From the NCBI RefSeq assembly GCF_036507355.1, contig NZ_AP027877.1: a DNA stretch of 64,000 nt; one strand, written 5' to 3'. The stretch is from Escherichia coli. GTDB taxonomy: Bacteria; Pseudomonadota; Gammaproteobacteria; Enterobacterales; Enterobacteriaceae. Positions 47,368-59,664 of this stretch are shown here, one piece after another (within the stretch, counting starts at the first letter, position 1; each line of letters opens with the position of its first letter). Position numbers and translations under genes: made by a program. The notes under the pieces are model-generated. The model was not told the origin of the DNA, searched no databases, and was given only the letters and a program-made list of their open reading frames with translations.

Positions 47368-48159
47368 ATGAATCAAATCGACCGTTTGCTCACTATTATG
47401 CAGCGCCTGCGCGACCCGGAAAACGGCTGCCCGTGGGATAAAGAGCAGACATTTTCTTCTATTGCGCCTTACACCCTTGAAGAAACCTACGAGGTGCTGG
47501 ACGCTATTGCCCGCGAAGACTTTGACGATCTGCGCGGTGAACTCGGCGATCTGCTGTTCCAGGTGGTGTTTTACGCACAAATGGCCCAGGAAGAAGGGCG
47601 CTTTGATTTTAATGATATTTGCGCCGCGATTAGCGATAAATTAGAACGCCGTCATCCACATGTTTTTGCTGACGGTTCTGCCGGAAACAGCCGCGAAGTT
47701 CTCGCCCGTTGGGAGGAGATCAAAACCGAAGAGCGCGCGCAGAAAGCGCAGCATTCGGCGCTGGACGATATTCCTCGTAGTTTACCCGCCTTAATGCGTG
47801 CGCAAAAAATCCAGAAACGTTGCGCCAACGTTGGCTTCGATTGGACGACGCTTGGTCCGGTAGTCGATAAAGTCTACGAAGAGATCGACGAGGTGATGTA
47901 CGAAGCGCGGCAGGCTGTTGTCGACCAGGCTAAACTGGAGGAGGAAATGGGGGACCTGCTGTTTGCCACGGTCAATCTGGCTCGTCATTTAGGGACAAAA
48001 GCGGAAATCGCATTGCAAAAAGCGAACGAAAAATTCGAGCGTCGTTTTCGCGAAGTGGAGCGTATTGTTGCCGCGCGTGGACTGGAAATGACAGGTGTTG
48101 ACCTCGAAACAATGGAAGAAGTCTGGCAACAGGTAAAACGGCAGGAAATTGATCTCTAA
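47368..48159 (+). CDS. mazG: Nucleoside triphosphate pyrophosphohydrolase MazG
   Basis: 263-aa tandem MazG-domain ORF. Confidence 0.9.
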   Translation: MNQIDRLLTIMQRLRDPENGCPWDKEQTFSSIAPYTLEETYEVLDAIAREDFDDLRGELGDLLFQVVFYAQMAQEEGRFDFNDICAAISDKLERRHPHVFADGSAGNSREVLARWEEIKTEERAQKAQHSALDDIPRSLPALMRAQKIQKRCANVGFDWTTLGPVVDKVYEEIDEVMYEARQAVVDQAKLEEEMGDLLFATVNLARHLGTKAEIALQKANEKFERRFREVERIVAARGLEMTGVDLETMEEVWQQVKRQEIDL

Positions 48160-48371
48160 GGGAATTACGCGGTCAAGCGCCATTTGTGTCATTTTTTAAA
48201 TGACAAGCGCTTGATTTGCGTCAAAAACATTTACCCCAAAGGGGCTATTTTCTCACTCCTGATTTCAATAGTGCGCTGGCGAAGAGGAGGGATAATGAAA
48301 GTTTGTGGCACAGGTCATGTTCGGGTATACTGCTTTCCCGTCCTGGTTATTCCATCGTCTTTTCAACCTAA

Positions 48372-50024
<1,653 letters not shown>

Positions 50025-50096
50025 GTAAAAAAGTTAGAACGGCAACGCGTACCCTGGGTACGCGTTGTTTGTCTGGAGTTTCAGTTTAACTAGTGA

Positions 50097-51410
<1,314 letters not shown>

Positions 51411-51430
51411 GACTGACTTAACGTCTTAAT

Positions 51431-51461
51431 AAAAAACCCGCTTCTTGAAGCGGGTTTTTTT
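51431..51461. terminator. Rho-independent terminator downstream of eno (bidirectional)
   Basis: AAAAAACCCGCTTC-ttga-GAAGCGGGTTTTTTT. Confidence 0.8.
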
Positions 51462-51465
51462 ATCT

Positions 51466-51828
51466 TCACATTTTGAGTTCAGTAAGCAGAGCGATAACAT
51501 TAATAAATGTTATTCCCACCAGGATAAGTATCCGAACAATTTTTCTGCTATTCCTTACATTGCTGACAAAATCATTATGAGAAATATTGGATGAATATTT
51601 TCGTTGATGGACTTTATAATCCCAAAGAAGATCATTTGCCTCAGGTATTGGGTTAATCAGACTGTAGATGCAAAAGTATACAAACGTATCTAAAGCAAGC
51701 AGTGATGTTATCAGTTGAAATAATTCATCGCCCTGGAAGGCTTTATTAAGCCAAATCATTCCAGCAGCACCGAATAAGCCAAATACAAATTTACTTAATC
51801 GCGGATGATTCGCTAAAATCTTACTCAT
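51466..51828 (-). CDS. Small hypothetical membrane protein (120 aa, 2-3 predicted TM helices), last gene of the LemA/TPM operon
   Basis: ORF with AGGGAAGG RBS 36 nt downstream of the TPM gene stop; very AT-rich (about 35% GC). Confidence 0.5.
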   Translation of the reverse strand: MSKILANHPRLSKFVFGLFGAAGMIWLNKAFQGDELFQLITSLLALDTFVYFCIYSLINPIPEANDLLWDYKVHQRKYSSNISHNDFVSNVRNSRKIVRILILVGITFINVIALLTELKM

Positions 51829-51863
51829 ATTTTCTTACCTTCCCTGTAATCTGTTTTTAAGTC

Positions 51864-52766
51864 TTACCATCTTCCTGACGCGCCGCCACCGCCGGATGAA
51901 CCGCCGCCACCGCTGAAATTGTCATTGTCGAAAGAGGATGAAGAGGAAGAAGACGATGACGAATGCCAGGAGGCCGAGTTGCTTCTTTCGTAGCGTGACG
52001 GTCGGTTTGCACTACGCATTGAATCACGCACCTTTCTGCCGAAAGGTGTGAAAGCGATAGCTACGACCAGGAATGGAGTGGCGAAACATAATAATGTGGC
52101 AAGAATTCCCCAGCTCCCGCTATATCCAGCGATGGGAAGTACAAAGGCCAGTATTATGGCAGCAAAGCAAATCACTCCCAGCGTTTTGATATATCCTCTG
52201 GCAGAAATAAACGTCAGTACTATCGCCCAGACTAACAGAGCCCACCAACCGCTAAAGGGTAAAGGATGATCGGGCGATGTATTATTGACTAAATCATTTC
52301 CTGATAGTCGGGTTTCAATATCACCAATACCTTGTTGCAAGCCGACAGCAAGGTCGCCCTTTTTAAACGCTGGAATAATACTGTTGCGTATAATTTGCCC
52401 GGACTGCGCATCCGTCAGAATACCCTCAAGTCCGTAGCCAATTTCAATATGTACTGTATGATCTTGCTAGGCAACTACCAGTAAAATACCGTCATCAAGA
52501 TTCTTATGACCGGGCTGCCAACGCTCGAATACCCGCGTTGCGTACTGCTCGATGGTTTCGTCGCCTGTTGTATCAACCACTAACACGACCAACTGTGCGT
52601 GTTTTTTTTGTGTCAGGGCTTTAATCTGGTTGGTCAGGGTGTTTACTTCGCTGTTTGTTAATGTGCCGGTTAAGTCATTCACATACTTGGGTGATTCAGG
52701 TACTGGAATTTGTGTGGCAAACACAGATGAACAGAAGAAAGCCGTAAGGAAGATAAAATTTCGCAT
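51864..52766 (-). pseudogene. ygcG: TPM-domain (YgcG-like) protein interrupted by an in-frame TAG at 52467-52469
   Basis: N-terminal ORF (signal peptide MRNFIFLTAFFCSSVFA plus start of TPM domain) and C-terminal ORF (TM segments plus Gly/Ser-rich tail) are in the same frame, separated only by the amber codon; sequence reads ...LLVVA-TAG-QDHTVHIEIGYGLEG... Confidence 0.75.
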
Positions 52767-52779
52767 AGAACTTCCCCGC

Positions 52780-53400
52780 TTAATGAGCATTAGCATTCTG
52801 GCTAAAATCTATTGTTGGGGCTTTACTTACTGCGGCGACATCATCCGGCAAATAATTTTTCTTTGGTGTGTAATCCATGACCTTTGCGGTTAATACAGCG
52901 GGGAATTTGCGGATAGTGACATTATATTGTTCAATGGCTTTAATATATCTTCCTCGCGCAACGGCAATTCTATTCTCACTTCCTTCGAGCTGTACCATTA
53001 AGTTTTGATAGAGCTCTTGAGCCTTTAACTCAGGGTAACGCTCACTAATTATCGTTAACTGACCGAGAGTGCGAGTCACCTGCGCCTGGGCCTGTTGCCA
53101 GGCTTGTAATTTTTGTGCATCTCCGGGAGCTTGCTGAAGATCGCTGCTGGCGCGATTAGCCTGGCTACGAGCCAATGTTACGGCTTCCAAAACGTCTTTT
53201 TCATGGTTGGAATAACCTTTAATACTGGCGACAAGATTAGGAATAAGATCGGCGCGACGTTGATATTGATTTAATACCTCAGACCAGGAGGCGTTAACCT
53301 GCTCATCATAGGTTTGAATATCGTTATATCCACAGCCTGATAAATTGAAAATAAATATAATTAAGATGAATATCCTGAGCATGTTTAAATCCTTTTTCAT
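52780..53400 (-). CDS. LemA-family protein (probable lipoprotein)
   Basis: 206-aa LemA-family ORF with N-terminal signal and lipobox LSGC; stop lies 13 nt upstream of the TPM gene start. Confidence 0.8.
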   Translation of the reverse strand: MKKDLNMLRIFILIIFIFNLSGCGYNDIQTYDEQVNASWSEVLNQYQRRADLIPNLVASIKGYSNHEKDVLEAVTLARSQANRASSDLQQAPGDAQKLQAWQQAQAQVTRTLGQLTIISERYPELKAQELYQNLMVQLEGSENRIAVARGRYIKAIEQYNVTIRKFPAVLTAKVMDYTPKKNYLPDDVAAVSKAPTIDFSQNANAH

Positions 53401-53554
53401 TAATTCCTTAAAACATAATACGCCGCTTCATTTTATTCTTTATGATCTAATGCACTTTTTGCCTTAAACCTGCCTGTAACAGAATGTTAATAAGACATGA
53501 TTGTTGCGGCAGGATCTGCAATAATTAACAATTATCCACTTCACAGAGAATGCT

Positions 53555-54226
53555 ATGCAGTACCCGATTAACGAGATGTTCCAGACCCTGCAAGGTGAGG
53601 GTTACTTTACCGGCGTCCCCGCCATTTTTATTCGTTTACAGGGATGCCCGGTTGGCTGTGCCTGGTGCGACACCAAACACACCTGGGAAAAGCTTGAGGA
53701 TCGGGAAGTCTCCCTTTTCAGCATTCTGGCGAAGACCAAAGAGAGTGATAAGTGGGGGGCGGCGAGCAGTGAAGACTTGTTGGCTGTCATTAGTCGCCAG
53801 GGATACACCGCGCGGCATGTGGTGATTACGGGTGGTGAGCCTTGCATTCATGATTTGCTACCACTGACTGATCTGCTCGAAAAGAACGGTTTTAGCTGCC
53901 AGATCGAGACCAGTGGTACTCATGAGGTACGCTGCACACCGAATACCTGGGTTACCGTATCGCCAAAGCTGAACATGCGCGGCGGCTATGAAGTGTTGTC
54001 ACAGGCACTGGAGCGAGCCAACGAAATCAAGCATCCAGTGGGGCGCGTACGCGATATTGAAGCACTGGATGAACTATTGGCAACGCTGACCGATGATAAA
54101 CCGCGAGTCATTGCACTGCAGCCGATTAGCCAAAAGGATGATGCCACACGATTGTGCATTGAAACCTGCATTGCGCGTAATTGGCGTTTGTCGATGCAAA
54201 CACATAAATATCTAAATATTGCCTGA
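53555..54226 (+). CDS. queE: 7-carboxy-7-deazaguanine synthase (radical SAM)
   Basis: 223-aa ORF with cysteine cluster CPVGCAWCDTKHTW. Confidence 0.9.
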   Translation: MQYPINEMFQTLQGEGYFTGVPAIFIRLQGCPVGCAWCDTKHTWEKLEDREVSLFSILAKTKESDKWGAASSEDLLAVISRQGYTARHVVITGGEPCIHDLLPLTDLLEKNGFSCQIETSGTHEVRCTPNTWVTVSPKLNMRGGYEVLSQALERANEIKHPVGRVRDIEALDELLATLTDDKPRVIALQPISQKDDATRLCIETCIARNWRLSMQTHKYLNIA

Positions 54227-54419
54227 TTAAACATTTATAAGCGTTATAAATGGGTGGAACCTGTAAAGACTTCTACTCATTTATATTCTTTGTCGCCTCT
54301 GAAAACTCCTCCATTTTACCCATCCAGGGCTAATCATTAGCATTCTCTACAAATTCTGTGGTGTTAATTTTTTGTTGGAGTGAAAATTATTGCGGTAAAG
54401 TTTGGTAGATTTTAGTTTG

Positions 54420-54565
54420 TATAGAATTATTTTAAATATTTGCCTTTTTAATCAATGGGTTAAGTGCTCTTTAACATAATGGATGTGTTGTTTGTGTGAT
54501 ACTGTAAAGTTGGTAGATTGTGACTGGCTTAAAAAATCATTAATTAATAATAGGTTATGTTTAGA
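54420..54565 (+). promoter_or_regulatory. AT-rich CRISPR leader of array 1
   Basis: AT-rich tract ending ...GGTTATGTTTAGA immediately 5' of the first repeat. Confidence 0.6.
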
Positions 54566-54777
54566 GAGTTCCCCGCGCCAGCGGGGATAAACCGGAGAGA
54601 GTCCAGTATCAATCCCGCGATCCGCAGAGTTCCCCGCGCCAGCGGGGATAAACCGCCGTTGCGGATCTTGAGTAGTGCCACGTCACCGAGTTCCCCGCGC
54701 CAGCGGGGATAAACCGGGTACAAAAGAGGCCCCATTCTGGCAGGGCTCGAGTTCCCCGCGCCAGCGGGGATAAACCA
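54566..54777 (+). CRISPR. Type I-E CRISPR array: 4 repeats of 29 bp, 3 spacers of 32 bp
   Basis: Repeats GAGTTCCCCGCGCCAGCGGGGATAAACCG at 54566, 54627, 54688 and 54749 (last ends in A); spacers GAGAGAGTCCAGTATCAATCCCGCGATCCGCA, CCGTTGCGGATCTTGAGTAGTGCCACGTCACC, GGTACAAAAGAGGCCCCATTCTGGCAGGGCTC. Confidence 0.95.
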
Positions 54778-55241
54778 CCATATAACCCGTTATCTCTTTC
54801 TCAAGTTTTTATATTAGCAGTACTTGTAATAAGCAACATATCCACGTAACACCTCATGTTCAAAATAGTTCCCCATGCCAGATAAGTTCACAATTATCGA
54901 TACAAAAAATTAAATTTAATCAAAGTGTTATTTGTATAATTCTTAAGCCGTTAAGAAATTTTAATCTATTATTTTTTTAATATTAATTAATGCCTGTTAA
55001 TTTTTTCTTTAGTATAACAGTGTATTTTTTAAGCTTGTTATTCATTGATTAAGTAATAAATCTGGAAATTTGTCTTTGTTTTGAGGCTAATGAGTGGTTT
55101 TACATAACCGCCTCTATACGCTGTTGATGAATAGTTCTTATGAATAAAGATATCCAGTTCATACTTTAAGTGAAAATTGATAAAGTGCGATTCGTATTGT
55201 CTTTTATTCTAAAGACATCGAGTGTAGTTAATATTCCTTGT

Positions 55242-55368
55242 AAAAACAGGGATAAACCGAACTAGTTAAAGTTTTTATTATGTTCCCTGCATCAGCGGGG
55301 ATAAACCGGACTTGTTATCATTTTTTAAGTTGTCGAACTTATGTTCCCCGCGCCAGCGGGGATAACCA
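55242..55368 (+). CRISPR. Degenerate type I-E CRISPR array remnant: 2 decayed repeats plus a partial repeat, 1 full-length spacer
   Basis: Partial repeat ...CAGGGATAAACCG ending 55259; ATGTTCCCTGCATCAGCGGGGATAAACCG (55280-55308); 32-bp spacer GACTTGTTATCATTTTTTAAGTTGTCGAACTT; ATGTTCCCCGCGCCAGCGGGGATAACCA (55341-55368). Confidence 0.8.
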
Positions 55369-55414
55369 TTCAGGTATGTTCAGGCCGGGCAGTTTCCCGC
55401 CCGGTTTTCCTCAC

Positions 55415-56893
55415 TTACGCATTCGACCAGCTCTGGATCGAATCCGCATTTCCCAATTCCCCATGCATCACTTCATACGATTTTTTCAGAATCACATCAG
55501 TATGTTTGGTTAGGTCTTTGAAAATGCCTTTATTCATCGCGTCGTAGCGTTTGGCATTGCTCTCAATCGGTATAAAGATATCTTTCACGCGAACCATTTT
55601 ATCGACAGCCGTTGCGTAATCCGGGTATAGCCCCAGACCTACCGCGGTATTAATCGCTGCCCCCAGACTTGCACAACCGTTAATGGCGTTACGTCGTGCC
55701 GGAAGGTTGAACACGTCGGCAAAAATCTGCATAAACAGATCGCTGTTCGAACCGCCGCCAGTAATGATCACATGCTTCGCAAAGTGATTCATTTCATTAC
55801 ACATATTGTCGTAATTGTTCTTCAGCGTCAGCGCCACGCTTTCCAGTATCGAACGATATATCCATGCGTAATCCATGCTGGAATCAAAGCCGATCATAAT
55901 CCCGCGTTTGTACGGTTCCCACGGATTGGTCAGCCAGTCCAGCACCGTCATCAGCCCATTACAGCCAGGTGGCACACTAGAGGCTTTCTTGTTGAGTAAA
56001 TCTTCCGGTGAAAGATCCTGCGCCCTGGCATCCTGAATTAACGACTCGCCCAACATGTCGCGCAGCCAGCTCACCGTCCACATGCCTTTGCGAATACCGT
56101 AACCTTCATACAGCAATGTTTGCGGAATAGAAGACATAATCGGCCAGTACGCCACCGGATCTTTCGGCAAGGCTTTGCCGTTCATCATCAATGCGATGTA
56201 AGTGCCAAGAGAAATTACCGCAGTTTCATCATCCAGTAATCCGGCCCCCAGAGCTTCTACCGGTTTATCACTGGTGGTACAAACAACCGGCAGTCCTGCC
56301 GGGAAATGTGTCGCCAGTGCGGCTTGTGGTGTGATATGTCCGAGGACGGTGCCAGGCATTTGCACATCAAACAGCATATGACGAGGGATATTAAACTTCT
56401 CCATTACCGCAGCATCTTCGCTCCATGCCCAGCTCTTATAATCCACCGGCCACTGACCAAAATAGTTGGCGATATTGTCTTTAAACTCGCCGGTTAAGCG
56501 ATGCGTCAGATAACCCGAAAAAGAGGTGACATATGCCACGTCAGGATTCGTAGGTTCGTAAGGGCGTGTAACGCGTGCATCCTGCCAGCTAATCAATGGC
56601 GCAGCTGGCGTGCCATCGGCTTTCAATAACGCACGGCAGCAACGGATGGATCCCAGACCAATACCGACAATATCTTCTTTATTCCCGGCAAACTGACTCA
56701 TCAAATCGTGACCGGCAAAACATAATGATGCCCATAAATCGTCGTCAGGATGTTCTGCAGTATCGGCATCTGGCGTGTGCATCGGCTGCAATAAACCTTT
56801 GCCTTCGCAAACCACATTACCTTCCAGATCGTACATCACCACTTTTGTGCTCTGACTTCCGCCATCAATCCCTATGATATATTTTTTCGACAT
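55415..56893 (-). CDS. ygcE: FGGY-family sugar kinase
   Basis: 492-aa FGGY-family ORF (GIDGGSQSTK). Confidence 0.85.
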   Translation of the reverse strand: MSKKYIIGIDGGSQSTKVVMYDLEGNVVCEGKGLLQPMHTPDADTAEHPDDDLWASLCFAGHDLMSQFAGNKEDIVGIGLGSIRCCRALLKADGTPAAPLISWQDARVTRPYEPTNPDVAYVTSFSGYLTHRLTGEFKDNIANYFGQWPVDYKSWAWSEDAAVMEKFNIPRHMLFDVQMPGTVLGHITPQAALATHFPAGLPVVCTTSDKPVEALGAGLLDDETAVISLGTYIALMMNGKALPKDPVAYWPIMSSIPQTLLYEGYGIRKGMWTVSWLRDMLGESLIQDARAQDLSPEDLLNKKASSVPPGCNGLMTVLDWLTNPWEPYKRGIMIGFDSSMDYAWIYRSILESVALTLKNNYDNMCNEMNHFAKHVIITGGGSNSDLFMQIFADVFNLPARRNAINGCASLGAAINTAVGLGLYPDYATAVDKMVRVKDIFIPIESNAKRYDAMNKGIFKDLTKHTDVILKKSYEVMHGELGNADSIQSWSNA

Positions 56894-56919
56894 GATTTTT
56901 CTCCTGTAATTTTCCTGGC

Positions 56920-58197
56920 TTACTTGCTGCTAGCTATTGCGGGGGCGCTATCAGCAGTACGAATTTTTTGGAACAGCAAAAAGGTAAAGACGATCACCAT
57001 GCCGAGTGCCGCCATGCCCATCAGCCACATGTTGCGGTAGGCTTCTGCTGCGGGCAGGGTGTCCTGCCAGTGGCCGATAATCGGGTAAACGAAGACATCC
57101 GGCAGGAATCCAATCACCGAACAAATACCTACCGTGGTGCCCATAATGTAAGACGGTGTTCTCGCTTCGCCAGGGCAGGCCCAGTACAGCCCGCGTGAGG
57201 CGTAACAGGTGAATCCCAGCAGTAAAATCAGGCCAATCCCCATCGCGACCGATTGCGGGTTAGAGTTCGTGACGAGCAGGGCAGTTAACGCCAGCAGGCC
57301 GAGTACGGAAAGGATTTGGATCACGCGGGTAGGGGATTTCACTTTGCTGTAGGTGGTGATTATGCCGCCAAGTGGGCCGCACAGCGCGCGGAATATTTTG
57401 TTGATCACAATCCCCATGTAGCTCGCCGCCACCAGCGACATGCCGTACATTTCGGTCAGATAGTTGGTGGAGTAACTCAGAATGGCGTAGATGGTGAAGA
57501 CACCAAAAATCACCATGCTGCAATACCAGGTGGTGCTGATGCGCAAAACGGCCAGGATGTCGCTAAGCTGGAATGACTGTTTTTCTTCGTTATTGGCACT
57601 ACGCAGGTTATTGTTATCGCTAACAAAAAACCAGCACAGAAGCCCCAACAAGATGTAAACCACACTGTAGATGATAATGACCGTTTTCAGGCTGGCGCTG
57701 TCATCCGGTGCAAAGCGAGAAAAGACCCACATGGTAAACACCGCCAGCGACATTACACCGACGCCGCGCAGCCCTTCCATCCAGCCCATAATTTTCCCTT
57801 GCTCGCTATGATCGCCAAGCAACGATGCGGCTTTAATCGACACCGACCACAGCATTAAAATCGTTGTTATCGCAAAGGCGACCTGAATACAGAGCATTAC
57901 CCACAGCGGTGGATACGTTGCCATTAACAGACCCAGTAATCCGGTAATGATCATCGCGGAAGTAATCATTTTGCGGTGTGAAAATTTATCGGCAATAACG
58001 CCGCTGGGGGCATAAAGAATAATAGCCGCAATACCAAAGGTACTCATTATTAAACCTATCTCGGTATTGCTGAATCCCATAAATTTCGCCATGGGAATTT
58101 GATAAATATAACGTAAATAAGCCAGGTCGAAACTAACGCCGCCGCTAAAACTAATTATCGCGAGGGTTATCCAACGGCGATATGAGTTGTGTTGCAT
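56920..58197 (-). CDS. yqcE: MFS transporter
   Basis: 425-aa 12-TM ORF upstream of ygcE on the same strand. Confidence 0.85.
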   Translation of the reverse strand: MQHNSYRRWITLAIISFSGGVSFDLAYLRYIYQIPMAKFMGFSNTEIGLIMSTFGIAAIILYAPSGVIADKFSHRKMITSAMIITGLLGLLMATYPPLWVMLCIQVAFAITTILMLWSVSIKAASLLGDHSEQGKIMGWMEGLRGVGVMSLAVFTMWVFSRFAPDDSASLKTVIIIYSVVYILLGLLCWFFVSDNNNLRSANNEEKQSFQLSDILAVLRISTTWYCSMVIFGVFTIYAILSYSTNYLTEMYGMSLVAASYMGIVINKIFRALCGPLGGIITTYSKVKSPTRVIQILSVLGLLALTALLVTNSNPQSVAMGIGLILLLGFTCYASRGLYWACPGEARTPSYIMGTTVGICSVIGFLPDVFVYPIIGHWQDTLPAAEAYRNMWLMGMAALGMVIVFTFLLFQKIRTADSAPAIASSK

Positions 58198-58375
58198 ATC
58201 GTATTCCCATTTGTAATAGACAAAAAAAAGAGAAAAGTAAGCCGCCCTTTCAGGTGGATTACTTTTCTCAGGTCTCTAGTAATTGAAATAATAAATAACA
58301 TGGAAAGCAGAGGTGTTGTGTGAGAGTAATCACGCTTCTGCTTTTTAAAACTATTTGATAATGCGAATATCACAC

Positions 58376-58391
58376 TGTGATTACGATCACA
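58376..58391. promoter_or_regulatory. Perfect CRP core site TGTGA-N6-TCACA
   Basis: TGTGAttacgaTCACA in the divergent yqcE / ygcU' intergenic region, about 57 bp upstream of the ygcU' ATG. Confidence 0.5.
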
Positions 58392-58440
58392 TTAGCAGTT
58401 ATGTCCTTATGCTAAAAATTATCTCCAGTTACCAGAGATA

Positions 58441-59571
58441 ATGAGAAAGGTAACTGAGAATATGCAGGCGACGGCGCAATGTGGCGTTCCGCTGGAGGTG
58501 CTGGAAAACGCGTTGCGTGAAAAAGGTTACACCACGGGGCATTCTCCGCAGTCAAAGCCGCTGGCGCAGATGGGCGGCCTGGTAGCAACCCGCAGTATCG
58601 GGCAGTTCTCCACACTCTACGGCGCAATCGAAGATATGGTCGTTGGTCTGGAAGCAGTATTGGCTGATGGCACCGTGACACGTATTAAAAACGTGCCACG
58701 CCGCGCGGCTGGCCCGGACATTCGTCACATCATCATCGGCAACGAAGGTGCATTGTGCTATATCACTGAAGTAACAGTGAAAATCTTTAAATTCACCCCG
58801 GAAAACAACCTCTTCTACGGCTATATCCTGGAAGACATGAAAACCGGCTTCAACATCCTGCGTGAAATCATGGTGGAAGGGTATCGTCCGTCGATCGCTC
58901 GTTTGTATGACGCTGAAGATGGCACCCAACACTTCACGCATTTTGCCGACGGAAAATGCGTGCTGATCTTTATGGCTGAAGGTAACCCTCGCATTGCGAA
59001 GGCGACGGGCGAAGGGATTGCGGAAATCGTTGCCCGCTACCCGCAATGCCAACGCGTGGACAGCAAGCTGATCGAAACCTGGTTTAACAACCTGAACTGG
59101 GGACCGGATAAAGTGGCTGCCGAACGTGTGCAGATCCTCAAAACCGGCAACATGGGCTTTACTACCGAAGTGTCCGGCTGCTGGAGCTGCATCCACGAAA
59201 TCTACGAAAGCGTTATTAACCGTATTCGTACCGAGTTCCCGCACGCCGACGACATCACTATGCTGGGCGGTCACTCCTCTCATAGCTATCAGAACGGCAC
59301 CAACATGTACTTCGTCTACGACTACAACGTTGTCAACTGTAAGCCGGAAGAGGAAATCGACAAGTACCACAATCCGCTCAACAAAATCATTTGCGAAGAA
59401 ACCATTCGCCTCGGTGGTTCGATGGTGCACCACCACGGTATCGGTAAACATCGCGTTCACTGGAGCAAGCTGGAACACGGCAGCGCGTGGGCGTTGCTGG
59501 AAGGGCTGAAAAAGCAATTCGATCCTAACGGCATTATGAATACGGGTACTATCTATCCGATTGAAAAATAA
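58441..59571 (+). CDS. ygcU: FAD-linked oxidoreductase (alkyl-DHAP synthase / GlcD-like), apparently N-terminally truncated
   Basis: 376-aa ORF beginning within the FAD-binding domain (MGGLVATRSIGQFSTLYGAIEDMV); in-frame stop upstream at 58393-58395; family members are normally about 480 aa. Confidence 0.7.
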   Translation: MRKVTENMQATAQCGVPLEVLENALREKGYTTGHSPQSKPLAQMGGLVATRSIGQFSTLYGAIEDMVVGLEAVLADGTVTRIKNVPRRAAGPDIRHIIIGNEGALCYITEVTVKIFKFTPENNLFYGYILEDMKTGFNILREIMVEGYRPSIARLYDAEDGTQHFTHFADGKCVLIFMAEGNPRIAKATGEGIAEIVARYPQCQRVDSKLIETWFNNLNWGPDKVAAERVQILKTGNMGFTTEVSGCWSCIHEIYESVINRIRTEFPHADDITMLGGHSSHSYQNGTNMYFVYDYNVVNCKPEEEIDKYHNPLNKIICEETIRLGGSMVHHHGIGKHRVHWSKLEHGSAWALLEGLKKQFDPNGIMNTGTIYPIEK

Positions 59572-59664
59572 TGTGTCAGGCAGCGTTCCGCGATGATGGG
59601 GCGTTGCCTTTTCGGCTTCTCAGGCGAGAAGCCGTTCTTATTACCGGACAATGAAGGGGTAAAG

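Noticed and set aside
54595-54687. 8-nt reverse-complementarity between CRISPR spacers 1 and 2 (GATCCGCA / TGCGGATC)
   Set aside because: The match does not extend beyond 8 nt, so the two spacers do not derive from overlapping protospacers; it is within chance expectation for two 32-mers.
54420-55400. cas genes associated with the CRISPR arrays
   Set aside because: No Cas-like ORF (Cas1, Cas2, Cas3, Cascade subunits) occurs anywhere in the window; the arrays are flanked by queE and ygcE, so they are reported as orphan arrays.
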